Below are positions 9,988 through 19,689 of a stretch of 64,000 nucleotides of DNA, in pieces (positions within the stretch are counted from its first letter, which is position 1; each line of letters opens with the position of its first letter). The DNA is from an uncultured delta proteobacterium (GTDB lineage Bacteria; Desulfobacterota; Syntrophia; Syntrophales; UBA2185): the NCBI GenBank assembly GCA_963729715.1, contig CAVSPA010000005.1:576001-640000 (forward strand), given 5' to 3'. The translations under genes were made by a program, and so were the position numbers. The notes beneath the pieces are model-generated. The model was not told the DNA's origin and searched no databases. It saw only the letters and a program-made list of their open reading frames with translations.

Positions 9988-10365
9988 TCAGTGGGAGCAC
10001 CCGCCGCCCGCATGGCCTGCACAGGTATTTTCTTTCGAAAATTGCGGCAATTTGCCGTCTCGAATGAGATCGATATTCTGTTGGACAGTGCCTTCAGCAC
10101 CACGGTAAACCTGGATCCCCTGGGCTTGCAGCTTCATCAGGGCGCCCATGCCGATGCCTGCAACAACCACGGCATCAACCTTTAATCCTCCCAGAGCCTT
10201 GACAGGCTGGCACATGCCGTGGGCATGATGCAGATCGCTGTTGTTGATTTCTTCCACGCTCATCTCTCCCGTATCCACAATGACAAAGCCGGGCGCAGAC
10301 CCGAAATGTCCGTAAACTCTGCTGTCCAGTCCCTGCAATGTTTCTGTTGGAAAACAAACCTTCAT
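9988..10365 (-). CDS. NifB/NifX-family (Nitro_FeMo-Co) protein
   Basis: MKVCFP, GHFGSAPGF, HHAHGMC, GIGMGA. Confidence 0.88.
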   Translation of the reverse strand: MKVCFPTETLQGLDSRVYGHFGSAPGFVIVDTGEMSVEEINNSDLHHAHGMCQPVKALGGLKVDAVVVAGIGMGALMKLQAQGIQVYRGAEGTVQQNIDLIRDGKLPQFSKENTCAGHAGGGCSH

Positions 10366-10396
10366 TTTAAAATCTCCTTTTTATTTCTTATTGATG

Positions 10397-10430
10397 TCCC
10401 CCTTTAACGAAGGGGAGGTTAGGGGGATTT
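10397..10430. repeat. Short REP-like intergenic hairpin
   Basis: TCCCCCTTT-AACG-AAGGGGA followed by GGTTAGGGGGATTT. Confidence 0.35.
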
Positions 10431-10452
10431 CTCCCAATAATCAGTATCCTGC

Positions 10453-10911
10453 TTAAGACCTGCCGCGCGGGCATGCCTCACCGGGTTTCCTCCGTCCTCT
10501 CCGCCCATCGGCCCTGCATATAGCCGCATCATTGCAAGCCGGGCATTTTACGGGTCTGCCGGTACCAAAAGGCACATCCCACGCATGCCGGCATTTCATG
10601 CACGTAAAAATTCGCCTCTCTGCCATTTGTATTTCACCTCCCTCAATGCGGAGGGCGAGACCCTTTACCAGCGCCTCAGCCACCTTGTGCCTTGCCGCTC
10701 CAATAATCCTGCCGAAGGTCTGACGTGAGACTTTCATCCGTTCCGCCGCCTTGTCGTGGTAAAGCCCTTCAAGGTCGGCCAACCGGATTGCCTCGAACTC
10801 ATCCATGGATAGAACCACATGGTCAAGCGCTGATGCAGGCACACCGGCCGGCTTGAAAATCTGGCACGGCGGTTCTCCTGCCACTCTTCGACAGCATTTT
10901 GGCCTCGCCAT
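10453..10911 (-). CDS. DUF134 HTH protein with C-terminal zinc ribbon
   Basis: MARPKCCRRV, FKPAG, EFEAIRLADLEGL, MKVSRQTFGRI, CMKC/CPAC. Confidence 0.9.
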   Translation of the reverse strand: MARPKCCRRVAGEPPCQIFKPAGVPASALDHVVLSMDEFEAIRLADLEGLYHDKAAERMKVSRQTFGRIIGAARHKVAEALVKGLALRIEGGEIQMAERRIFTCMKCRHAWDVPFGTGRPVKCPACNDAAICRADGRRGRRKPGEACPRGRS

Positions 10912-10932
10912 TCTTCTTTCTCCTTTTTCTAT

Positions 10933-10961
10933 ATTATAAGCATATGCTCATAACCTGTCAA
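10933..10961 (-). promoter_or_regulatory. Consensus sigma70 promoter overlapped by 20-bp palindromic operator
   Basis: Minus strand TTGACA(10961-10956)-17 nt-TATAAT(10938-10933); near-perfect palindrome TTATAAGCATATGCTCATAA at 10934-10953. Confidence 0.8.
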
Positions 10962-11107
10962 GCAAAATTTCCCCGTATCCGGGTGAATGCGCCCTGGGAT
11001 GCGTTTCAGAATAAACCTTCGTTGGTCCTAATGTTTGATATCCGAACTGCGGGCAGGGTTAATCCATGTTATCCATAAAGAAGAATTGAAGCCTTCCTCG
11101 TCTGTCG

Positions 11108-11407
11108 TCAATAACAGCGCCAGCCATCAATTACTAATTTCTTGAACCCCAGGAAGGAGGCCATTCCGATAACCAATTCTTCTTCCGGCAGTCTATAAGG
11201 TATAAAGACGGTCAAGCCGTCTATGGTTTCCTGTCTGTATTGATCCTGCTTGCGGGGCTTGCCGATCCTGACGGCTGGTTCCGGCTGATAGGGTATGCAG
11301 CAGCCGCCCGTTACGGTAACGAGTTCCAGGAACAACGAGCCGCCCTTATCGAGTGCATACTCCTTTGCTTCGGGTGTAATGGTCAACATGTATTTAGCCT
11401 CAAACAT
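11108..11407 (-). CDS. Small HesB-like CC-motif protein (Cys form)
   Basis: ITPEAKEY...GGCCIP..P.V..GKP...IDGLTVFI; start uncertain (11407 or 11389). Confidence 0.7.
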   Translation of the reverse strand: MFEAKYMLTITPEAKEYALDKGGSLFLELVTVTGGCCIPYQPEPAVRIGKPRKQDQYRQETIDGLTVFIPYRLPEEELVIGMASFLGFKKLVIDGWRCY

Positions 11408-11679
11408 AGTATAGCGATCCTGCCCTGAAAAATCAAGGGCAGGGAATCGAACGAGCACTCACGAAGTCCTTCTCTCCATAGCAAAGAAGTGAATGCGATA
11501 TTACAAATCATAATTAGCAACAGCCCTGTGTTCATTTTTTCTTGACATGAAGGTGCATTTTTCTTTAAAGTGAAATTACCGAAAAGATTTTATCAAACGC
11601 TGTCTCTTAATATTCTATGGCAGCACACCGAGGTGATGCGCGGAAAGCACCTTCGGCATCTTCAAGTCACGGAGAGAGA

Positions 11680-12639
11680 ATGGCGCGTAGATATTGCATA
11701 GCGATCCTGGTCATCCTTCTGAGTGTGGGGATGCTGTCGGTCCAGGTCGCCGCAGGAGCCTCAAAATCCTCGAAGTCGTCGAAATCCTCGAAATCCAAAG
11801 TTGTCCAAAAGAAGAAAAAAAAGAAAGCGCGCGTCAAAGCCGTCAGTGCCCCCGGGAAGCTCGTCATCCGTTCAGCCTGCGCATGGGTGGAGGACCAGCA
11901 GACAGGTGAGCTCTTCGTTCAGAAACGGGCGACTGCGGTATTGCCCATCGCTTCCATCACCAAGGTCATGACGGCCATGGTGACGCTCGACGCCCAATTG
12001 GGCCTCCATGAATTGATCACCATTGAACCCGAAGACGTGGATACCATGCGCCACAGCCGCTCGCGCCTGAGGGTGGGAACGCCCATCACGCGCGGAGATG
12101 CGCTGCTGCTCGCCTTGATGGCCTCCGAGAACCGCTGTGCTCACGCGCTCGGGCGTACGTACCCCGGCGGTATCGACGCCTTCATCGCCGCCATGAACAC
12201 CAAGGCCCTATCACTCGGACTCACCGATACGCACTTCCAGGACCCCGTCGGGCTTTCGAGCGGCAACGTGTCCACCGCCCAGGAGCTGGCGAGGATGGTG
12301 GATGCGGCATACCAATATCCCCTTATCCGGGAATTCACTACGCGCGAGGATGCCGCAGTCCAATTAGGCTACCGCACCATGACGTTCCGCAACAGCAATC
12401 GTCTGGTCCGGAGCCCTCGCTGGCAGATCGGCCTTTCCAAGACGGGCTTCATCGATGAGGCAGGGCGATGCCTGGTGATGCAGGCCCAAGTGGCACAGCG
12501 CCCCGTGCTGATTGTGCTCCTCGATGCTCAAGGCAAGCTGACCCGCTTCGCAGACGCCGACCGCATCAAGCGGTGGATGGAAGTAACCACGACAAAAACG
12601 CAGAGGGTGACCCAGTCCAATACCACGCATCCCATCTAA
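11680..12639 (+). CDS. pbpG: D-alanyl-D-alanine endopeptidase (PBP7, peptidase S11)
   Basis: Signal peptide, low-complexity (SKS)n/Lys linker, SITK, SEN, KTG motifs, RFADADRI C-terminus. Confidence 0.85.
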   Translation: MARRYCIAILVILLSVGMLSVQVAAGASKSSKSSKSSKSKVVQKKKKKKARVKAVSAPGKLVIRSACAWVEDQQTGELFVQKRATAVLPIASITKVMTAMVTLDAQLGLHELITIEPEDVDTMRHSRSRLRVGTPITRGDALLLALMASENRCAHALGRTYPGGIDAFIAAMNTKALSLGLTDTHFQDPVGLSSGNVSTAQELARMVDAAYQYPLIREFTTREDAAVQLGYRTMTFRNSNRLVRSPRWQIGLSKTGFIDEAGRCLVMQAQVAQRPVLIVLLDAQGKLTRFADADRIKRWMEVTTTKTQRVTQSNTTHPI

Positions 12640-12855
12640 CACTGTCTCCTCTTCATCTCAGCCTGAACTTCACTTCCTGTTGCATGGCGTTTGTCAACTT
12701 TGCAGATGGCATTTCTTGCAGATTGAAACAGAACGTTGACAACTCTAAATCATTATGCGACATTGCCTTTGACAATCACTGCTAAATAGGAATCTGAACG
12801 TGAGGAAGGAAGATACACGCTTCAAGGCCCGACCCGATTTTCCCTACCGCGACCT

Positions 12856-13686
12856 TTGGATAAACTAAGAAATATATATGGAGTAGCCCGAATTTATATA
12901 AGGTACTCTAAAGTTCATAATAAGAATCAATCTTTTTACGGATTAAGAAAAGAGGATTTGAAACAATTAGAAGGATTTAATTCTGTTATATGTTTGTTAT
13001 GGAATACACAAACGGAACCTGCATTTATTCCTTATCCAGATTTCGAAGATATTTTCAATTCTTTAACACCTGCTTCTGATGGTCAATATAAGGCACAGAT
13101 TTATCATGATGATGAGAATGAATTGTATATTGCTAATGCTGGACGTTTTAACATAGAAGGCTTTATTGGCTGGCACAACCTCGATGATTTAATCGATAGA
13201 AATAAATTAGTTGATTCACCTGAACTTGGCCATTCTCAAATTCAAACTTTAATTGGATCGATTGGCTATCTGAAGGGATATGATCTATGGATACCATCAA
13301 ATGATAGAAACAAACTTGATTGGGATTTAGCCGACAAGTTTCATTGTAGGAATGAGTTGCCCACGAGATATGGAAAAATTTCTAACGTTATTAAAGAAAT
13401 AGATGTGGTATGGTTACAGAAAGGCTCAAGCGAACTGAAAGCCATGTTTGAAGTAGAGCATTCCACGCCGATTTATTCAGGCCTATTGAGGTTCAATGAT
13501 TTGTATTTGGCAGAACCAATTTTAAAGCCAAAATTTAGCATCGTTTCTAATGATATAAGGCGTTCACTTTTTCTTTCACAAATTAATCGGCCTACGTTTA
13601 GGATGAGCGGATTATCTGACATTTGTAACTTCTTAGAGTATAAAGACGTTTATAGCTGGTTTAAGAGGGTGAGAGGACATGGGTAA
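12856..13686 (+). CDS. AT-rich, probably 5'-truncated PD-(D/E)xK/restriction-endonuclease-like protein
   Basis: Visibly AT-rich vs flanks; HSQIQTL, IDVVW, FEVEHSTPIYSGLLRFNDL; TTG start without clear RBS. Confidence 0.6.
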   Translation: MDKLRNIYGVARIYIRYSKVHNKNQSFYGLRKEDLKQLEGFNSVICLLWNTQTEPAFIPYPDFEDIFNSLTPASDGQYKAQIYHDDENELYIANAGRFNIEGFIGWHNLDDLIDRNKLVDSPELGHSQIQTLIGSIGYLKGYDLWIPSNDRNKLDWDLADKFHCRNELPTRYGKISNVIKEIDVVWLQKGSSELKAMFEVEHSTPIYSGLLRFNDLYLAEPILKPKFSIVSNDIRRSLFLSQINRPTFRMSGLSDICNFLEYKDVYSWFKRVRGHG

Positions 13687-13867
13687 AATGAAAAAAATCT
13701 GGATTTTAACGCTTGTTAAAAGAGGATTCATTCAAGAACCTGAAGTCTTTTTTGAAAAAAGCAAAGCTCAAAATAGAAGAAGAGTATTAAGATCCGCTAT
13801 CAATCCTGACTACGACGAAATTGCTATTTTTGAAAAGGAACTCGCTTCGGATAATCCTTTCTTGTAG
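13679..13867 (+). CDS. Small hypothetical protein
   Basis: GAGG RBS, 8-nt overlap with upstream gene, same AT-rich composition. Confidence 0.55.
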   Translation: MGKMKKIWILTLVKRGFIQEPEVFFEKSKAQNRRRVLRSAINPDYDEIAIFEKELASDNPFL

Positions 13868-14010
13868 TCTACGATCTCTTTGTAAAACACCTTGCTTTTT
13901 ACATTGGGAATCACATTGACGTCGGCTTAGAAATCCTTTCATGAGAATTGTTGGAAGACAGACACTAAAAGCACGTCAAAATTAGAAAGGGACAAGGAGC
14001 CCTTCTGCCT

Positions 14011-14757
14011 TTGCCAATTTCCCCTCCCTCTTTACCGCACTGGCTGACCTCCTGGATGAAAGCTCAGAAAATTCCTCTCTGGGGTGTAGCTGACCTTCGC
14101 GGGTTCTCGACACCCGCTGACGCAACGGAGCAGGGGTATCCGTTCGCCATTTCATTTGCCATTCCCATGAACCCCATGATAATGGACGGTATCCAAGACG
14201 GCCCAAATCAGGCTTATGCTGATGAGTACGCCAGAGTGAACGACCACATCAATGATCTTGCGAAAAGGCTGGCGGCCGAGATTAAAGCCCTGGGTTTTCG
14301 GGCACAGCCCTTGGCTGCTTCAAAGCGTACCGATATGGTAAATATCAAGGGAGACTTCCCTCACAAGACCGCGGCCACTCGTGCAGGATTAGGCTGGATT
14401 GGCCGCCACTGCCAGCTTGTTACCCGTAAGTTTGGTCTATGGATTCGCCTCGGGACAGTTTTTACGGACATGACCATTCCCTGCGGGCAGCCGGTGGAGC
14501 GCGACTCCTGCGGCCGCTGCACTCGCTGCGTCGATGCATGCCCTGCCGGCGCACTAACGGGAAATGCCTGGTATCCGGGATTGCCGCGCGAGGATATATT
14601 GGATACCCGCGCCTGCGATAGCTGGAAAATAGAACACTACTTTAAGTACCTCAAGGGGCACACCTGCGGTATCTGCTCCGCAGTGTGTCCTCATGGATTG
14701 AAGGTGTTAAAAAAATCCGATCAGTCCCGGAACTATAAAGCTGAGGACAGCCGCTAA
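14011..14757 (+). CDS. Epoxyqueuosine reductase (QueG)-like cobalamin/2x[4Fe-4S] protein
   Basis: FPHKTAATRAGLGWIG, RLGTVFT, CGRCTRCVDACP, CGICSAVCP. Confidence 0.85.
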   Translation: MPISPPSLPHWLTSWMKAQKIPLWGVADLRGFSTPADATEQGYPFAISFAIPMNPMIMDGIQDGPNQAYADEYARVNDHINDLAKRLAAEIKALGFRAQPLAASKRTDMVNIKGDFPHKTAATRAGLGWIGRHCQLVTRKFGLWIRLGTVFTDMTIPCGQPVERDSCGRCTRCVDACPAGALTGNAWYPGLPREDILDTRACDSWKIEHYFKYLKGHTCGICSAVCPHGLKVLKKSDQSRNYKAEDSR

Positions 14758-14784
14758 TTATTGTTGAAGGACAAAGGAAGAGAT

Positions 14785-15048
14785 ATGCAGGCGTACAGAA
14801 TTCACAAGATGGTCATCGCCGCAGATATTGAGGAAGAGGCCTGTGCTTTCTATCGCGAGGAAACAGGCGGTACCCCGCCCGATGTGATTGAAGAATTACC
14901 ATATCTGATGGACGTGTGCTGTGACGACGGAACCGTAAAGACGGTCAAAGAGCGCATCAACGAGGAAATGGATGCCCGCAATTGCTGGCTGATAATGGGA
15001 ATCCCCTGCGAACTTCACCGGCCCTTTCTCATCGGCATACTGCCCTGA
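14785..15048 (+). CDS. Hypothetical protein
   Basis: GGAAGA RBS before ATG, co-oriented with neighbours. Confidence 0.55.
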   Translation: MQAYRIHKMVIAADIEEEACAFYREETGGTPPDVIEELPYLMDVCCDDGTVKTVKERINEEMDARNCWLIMGIPCELHRPFLIGILP

Positions 15049-15124
15049 CGAGCCCTCGTGGATTCTCACATTAGTAGATGGATGGTAACGTCAAAGACAG
15101 AATAAAGGAAGACGTAGATATTTA

Positions 15125-15763
15125 ATGAGAGATTACTGGGAAGAACGATTCACTGCCGAAGGCAAAATCTGGGGTGATGCGCCAAGCAAAACCGCTCTCC
15201 ACGCCAAGGATTTATTCAAAAATCATCAAGTCCGAAACATCCTTGTTCCAGGCGCCGGTTATGGCCGTAATGCCGGATACCTTGAAGCTGAAGGTTTTGA
15301 GGTCAGCGGAATCGAAATATCTGAAACAGCATTAAGAACTGCAAGGCAAAGCAATCAAAAAATTATCTATTATCAAGGTTCAGTATTGGAAATGCCGTTT
15401 GCTGAGCTTTCTTATGACGCCATCTATTGTTTTAATGTACTGCATCTGTTTAGAGAACGCGAGCGACGGATTTTTGTTGAAAAATGCCTTAATCAGATTA
15501 AAGAGAACGGGGTCGTTTTTTTCACCGTTTTTTCTGAGCAAGAATCGAGTTTCGGAAAGGGCAATTGTGTCGAAGTCAATACTTATGAAAGTAAACCCGG
15601 CCGGCCTGTACATTATTTCACCGAATCCGATTTAAAAGAGCACTTCAAGGAATTTGAAGTTATTGAAACCGGCTTGATGGAAGACCCGGAAAACCATGGT
15701 TCCGAAGGCCCGCATACCCATTTGGTCCGTTACATTTTTGCGCAAAAGAAAGCCGCCTCTTAA
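15125..15763 (+). CDS. Class I SAM-dependent methyltransferase
   Basis: YWEERF, LVPGAGYGRN, GIEIS, YDAIYCFNVLH. Confidence 0.88.
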   Translation: MRDYWEERFTAEGKIWGDAPSKTALHAKDLFKNHQVRNILVPGAGYGRNAGYLEAEGFEVSGIEISETALRTARQSNQKIIYYQGSVLEMPFAELSYDAIYCFNVLHLFRERERRIFVEKCLNQIKENGVVFFTVFSEQESSFGKGNCVEVNTYESKPGRPVHYFTESDLKEHFKEFEVIETGLMEDPENHGSEGPHTHLVRYIFAQKKAAS

Positions 15764-15855
15764 TTTGACGGTAATAAATATAACTGCCGCAAACGATCAT
15801 TTCATCGGACGTGATCTACGAGGAATATTTGCCTGGCGGATCAATCGGAGAATAA

Positions 15856-17019
15856 TCATCCCTTCTTGTAGAGCGGCGACATATTTCTCAAGAAGTCCAC
15901 GCTTTTCCTGAGGGACGCGAATGCCTTGTCGATATCTTCCACCGAAATGTCAATGCCATAGGAAAAGACAAGGGTACCCTGCGCTGTAGCATGATCGGTA
16001 CCGGTTGCGATTAAGACATGGGATGTCCTGAGAGAGCCCGAAGCACATGCGGAACGGGTGGAGATGCTTACTCCTTCCTCGTCAAGCATCATCATCATAG
16101 ACTCACCTTCGATGTACTCCACGGAGAAAGACACGAGACCCGGCATGCTCTTTTCAGGATGCCCGTTGAGAACTATCTTATCAATGGTACCCAAACGGTC
16201 CATGATTGCCTTCTTCAATTTCAACAGGTGTAGAGTCCGCTGGGGCATTTCAACGCGGGCAAGTTCCGCCGCTTTGCCCATCCCGACGACACCAAGCATA
16301 TTGGGGGTTCCTGCCCTGCGGTTACTCTCCTGTATCCCGCCATCGATAAGTGGCAGTATCCTTGTTTTATCTCTTATATAGATGGCTCCGATACCCGCTG
16401 GTCCGTAGAACTGGTTTGCAGCGATGCTCATCAGGTCAACACCCATCTCGTTCACATCTATGGGTATGTTGCCGCAGGACACTACTGCATCCGTATGAAA
16501 GGGCACTTTCTTTGCCTTCGCGATCCTCCCTATTTCGGCGATAGGCTCAATCGTACCGATCTCGTTGTTGGCGTGCATGATTGAAATGAGGATCGTGTCC
16601 TCTCTGATCGCCTCCTCCACATCTGCGGGGTTGACCATGCCATACTTGTCTACTGAGACGGAAGTCACGTTGTAACCCATTTGGGAGAGCATCCGGAGAG
16701 GTCTTGCAACTGACTGATGTTCAATATTCGACGTAATGATGTGCTTCCCTTTTTTGGCCTTTGCAAAGGCCACACCTTTTATGGCGTGGTTATTTGCTTC
16801 TGTTCCGCATGAAGTGAATACGATCTCCTGCGGATCCGCATTGATGAGCTGGGCAACCTTGGCGCGTGCGTCTTCCATGGTCTCCATGGCCGCATCTCCG
16901 ATGCTGTGCTGACTCACGGGATTCCCAAAACCGTCCTTCTGTATATAATCGATGATAGCCTCTTTAACCTGAGGATGGAGCGGATTACCGGAAATATGGT
17001 CCAAATAGATAACCTTCAT
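15856..17019 (-). CDS. IscS/NifS-like cysteine desulfurase homolog lacking the PLP-binding lysine
   Basis: GNP.S.H, FTSCGTEANN, EHQSV, ANNEIGTI, HTDAV, SACAS; SxHKxxGPKG motif reads AANQFYGPAG. Confidence 0.88.
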   Translation of the reverse strand: MKVIYLDHISGNPLHPQVKEAIIDYIQKDGFGNPVSQHSIGDAAMETMEDARAKVAQLINADPQEIVFTSCGTEANNHAIKGVAFAKAKKGKHIITSNIEHQSVARPLRMLSQMGYNVTSVSVDKYGMVNPADVEEAIREDTILISIMHANNEIGTIEPIAEIGRIAKAKKVPFHTDAVVSCGNIPIDVNEMGVDLMSIAANQFYGPAGIGAIYIRDKTRILPLIDGGIQESNRRAGTPNMLGVVGMGKAAELARVEMPQRTLHLLKLKKAIMDRLGTIDKIVLNGHPEKSMPGLVSFSVEYIEGESMMMMLDEEGVSISTRSACASGSLRTSHVLIATGTDHATAQGTLVFSYGIDISVEDIDKAFASLRKSVDFLRNMSPLYKKG

Positions 17020-17564
17020 TCTTTCTTTGCTCCTTTCATGACGGTGAAATCAGAATGCAGCGTGGGCTTCCCACATTTCGTGCAGAGTGGAGCAGGCTCC
17101 GGCAATCCCATATCGCAGTAAGGGCAGTAACATTTTCCTTCCCTTTCACCGATGTGCTCCACTTTTTGGCCTTCTTTTGTCTCCCTGGCTTTGCCCTCTT
17201 TGTGCTCATAGTAATCCATAATGGCTTTATGCAAAGCGTCCGCCCCCAGGTTTGAACAGTGGAGTTTGTTCTTCGGGAGGCCGCCAAGGCTTTTTGCTAC
17301 AGACTCTTTGGTAATCGCCATGGCTTCTTCCAAAGTCTTTCCTTTTGCCATTTCAGTCACCATGCTTGAGACGGCAATAGCCGCCCCACAGCCGAACGTG
17401 TTGAACTTTATGTCATCGATGCGGTCATCCTTGACTTTAATGGTAATCGTCATCATATCACCGCATATCGGGTTCCCTACTTCACCCGTGCCATCAGGGT
17501 TTTCAATCTTGCCGACATTCCGGGGCTTCTTGAAATGGTCCATCACTACATCCGAATATTGCAT
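17016..17564 (-). CDS. nifU: IscU/NifU Fe-S scaffold with C-terminal zinc ribbon
   Basis: YSDVVMDHF, GNPICGD, FGCGAAIA, LPKNKLHCS; tail CPYC...CTKC. Confidence 0.9.
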   Translation of the reverse strand: MQYSDVVMDHFKKPRNVGKIENPDGTGEVGNPICGDMMTITIKVKDDRIDDIKFNTFGCGAAIAVSSMVTEMAKGKTLEEAMAITKESVAKSLGGLPKNKLHCSNLGADALHKAIMDYYEHKEGKARETKEGQKVEHIGEREGKCYCPYCDMGLPEPAPLCTKCGKPTLHSDFTVMKGAKKE

Positions 17565-17736
17565 GACTACCTCCTTTGACTCAGCTTTCTGTATATTAAT
17601 ATAACGTATTTTGTAGGTTTTACAAATAATTTAAATCCCGATACCGTATAAAGCCTATCCGCATCCCGCTCCCCCGCCGCAACCGCATATGCAAAGGTGC
17701 CATACGGCCGACCCGCAACGAGAGTCCTGACAATGT

Positions 17737-19689
17737 TTATGCTGTGATACTCATCGCTGCCCGGTATTCCGGAACGGACAGTGATCGCCACTTCTCCTGC
17801 CCCTGCAGCTCCAGCACACGGTTATGATACTCGAGGATGCTGGTGCGATGCCCGACACTGATATAATGGATATCCAGTTCATTTAATTTCCGGTAGAGGT
17901 TAGACTCATTTTCCAGGTCGAGGGCGCTCGTCGCTTCGTCCATGACGGCATACCTGGGCTGGTTCATCAGGAGCCGGGCAAAGGCCAGTCTCTGCTGTTC
18001 GCCGAGAGAAAGAACATCGGCCCAATCCAATTCCACTTCGAATCCGCCTACCCGCTGCGGCAGATCCTCAAGCCTGACCGTCTCCAGAACGCGTTGCAAA
18101 TCCTCTTCAGAGACCTGCCTTTCCAAGCGCGGGTAAAGCAGCTGATCCCGCAGTGATCCAAGCAGCATGTAAGGTTTTTGCGGGAGAAAAAAGATATCAG
18201 ACAAAGGCGGCCGATCGATCTCGCCTGCACCCTGTGTCCACAATCCTGCAATCGCCCTGAGAAGGGAACTCTTGCCTACGCCGCTCTGACCGACAACGAC
18301 CATGTTGTCACCGCTCTTCAAATCCACGGTCAAGTCATCGATGAGCTTGCGATTAGCATTCGGCGTAAGGAGTGTCAGATTATTCAGGGCAAACCGGTCG
18401 GCTTCGTGAGACTTGATACCGGGGGGCGGCGCCAGGGCGGGCGTGGTTACATCGGCAAAGGCTGACAGACGCTGCACACCTGCGGCAAAATTCGTTATCT
18501 GTTCAATCTGAGAGACGATCAGCGAGAGCGACGCGTACACCTGGGTGAATGCGAAATTGGCCTGAACCATGTCGCCGTATTCGATTTCGCCGCTGAAGTA
18601 CTGGGGAAACAGCACGAGAAACGGCAGGACCACAGGCAGGTAGCTGTACGCCGTAGTGAAAAACGACAGGTTCCGCTGCCAGCCGATGAGAAGACTGAAA
18701 TTTCCCAAGACGTTGCGAAAACGCTCTCCGATATGGGTGATCTCCGGTTTCTCGCCCTGATAAAAGGCAATCGACTCGGCGTTGTCCCGCACATGGACAA
18801 GAGAGTAACGGAAATCCGCCTCGTACCTGAGCTGATTGAAGTTCAAGCGGACAAGACGCCGTCCTATCAAGACAGTGAGGACACTCCCCACTAAAGAGTA
18901 GCCCAAGACCACGGCGACAAGGAGACCCGATTTCGACCAGAGAATCCCGGTAAAAGAAACGAGATCCATCAGAGAGCCCAGCAAAATCAAGAGAAAGACG
19001 AGAGAAGTCCGGGTAAACGAACGAATGTCTTCCATGATACGCTGATCAGGGTTGTCTATCTTCGAGCTTATCTCTATCTCATAATAGTTGCGGTTCTTAA
19101 AATAGTTATTGAGGAACTCTCCGGTCATCCATTCCCGCCACCGCATTCCCAGATAATTCTGCACGTAGCTGTATAACGCCACGATAGGAATTCCTACAAG
19201 GAACCCGCAGAAATACACGGCGACAAACAGATACGCCATGTCCTGATTTTTCTTGACCAGAGCGTTGGTGAAGTAGTTGCCGATATAGCTGAAGGCAACG
19301 TTGATACCCGTCACGGAAAAAGAAAGGAGAAGAACAACGGCAAGGAGAGTCCACGCCCGCTTGCGGGCGCGCAATTGTGGCGCAAAGAGCATGAAACATG
19401 CAGCAGGAATGATCAGGGCACCGGCGATAATCATCCAGGCATTGCTGTGAAAGACTTCCTTAAGCAGGGATAACAGTCCGGATGCTACTTTGGCGGTCAC
19501 GGAAGGTGCGAAGATGCTTCCCGCCATGGTAAGGCCTGCAACAACCATAAATAGAACGCCGAAAAGGAAAACAAGCAGCATCAATAAGAGCAGGAGCATG
19601 TACCAACTTCCGCCTCGAACAGTGGGGAAAAAATAAGGCTGGGCAATAGTGACAAATCGATTCCACAGGGAACGTTTAATCTCGTTCAT
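17737..19689 (-). CDS. ABC transporter fused permease/ATPase (ABCD/YddA-like)
   Basis: DNPDQRI, EADFRY, ESIAFY, GQSGVGKSS, LSLGEQQR, MDEATSALD. Confidence 0.92.
   Translation of the reverse strand: MNEIKRSLWNRFVTIAQPYFFPTVRGGSWYMLLLLLMLLVFLFGVLFMVVAGLTMAGSIFAPSVTAKVASGLLSLLKEVFHSNAWMIIAGALIIPAACFMLFAPQLRARKRAWTLLAVVLLLSFSVTGINVAFSYIGNYFTNALVKKNQDMAYLFVAVYFCGFLVGIPIVALYSYVQNYLGMRWREWMTGEFLNNYFKNRNYYEIEISSKIDNPDQRIMEDIRSFTRTSLVFLLILLGSLMDLVSFTGILWSKSGLLVAVVLGYSLVGSVLTVLIGRRLVRLNFNQLRYEADFRYSLVHVRDNAESIAFYQGEKPEITHIGERFRNVLGNFSLLIGWQRNLSFFTTAYSYLPVVLPFLVLFPQYFSGEIEYGDMVQANFAFTQVYASLSLIVSQIEQITNFAAGVQRLSAFADVTTPALAPPPGIKSHEADRFALNNLTLLTPNANRKLIDDLTVDLKSGDNMVVVGQSGVGKSSLLRAIAGLWTQGAGEIDRPPLSDIFFLPQKPYMLLGSLRDQLLYPRLERQVSEEDLQRVLETVRLEDLPQRVGGFEVELDWADVLSLGEQQRLAFARLLMNQPRYAVMDEATSALDLENESNLYRKLNELDIHYISVGHRTSILEYHNRVLELQGQEKWRSLSVPEYRAAMSITA

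Noticed and set aside
11108..11110. TGA after WRCY as a C-terminal Sec
   Set aside because: Extension is short and featureless; no hairpin at the expected distance.
11761..11830. Short tandem repeat (TCGAAATCC-like) and A-run
   Set aside because: In-frame Ser/Lys low-complexity linker of PBP7; not CRISPR-like and no evidence of phase variation.
15761..15817. FDGNKY after the methyltransferase stop, suggesting a lost fused domain
   Set aside because: Match is only about 6 residues; too short to call.
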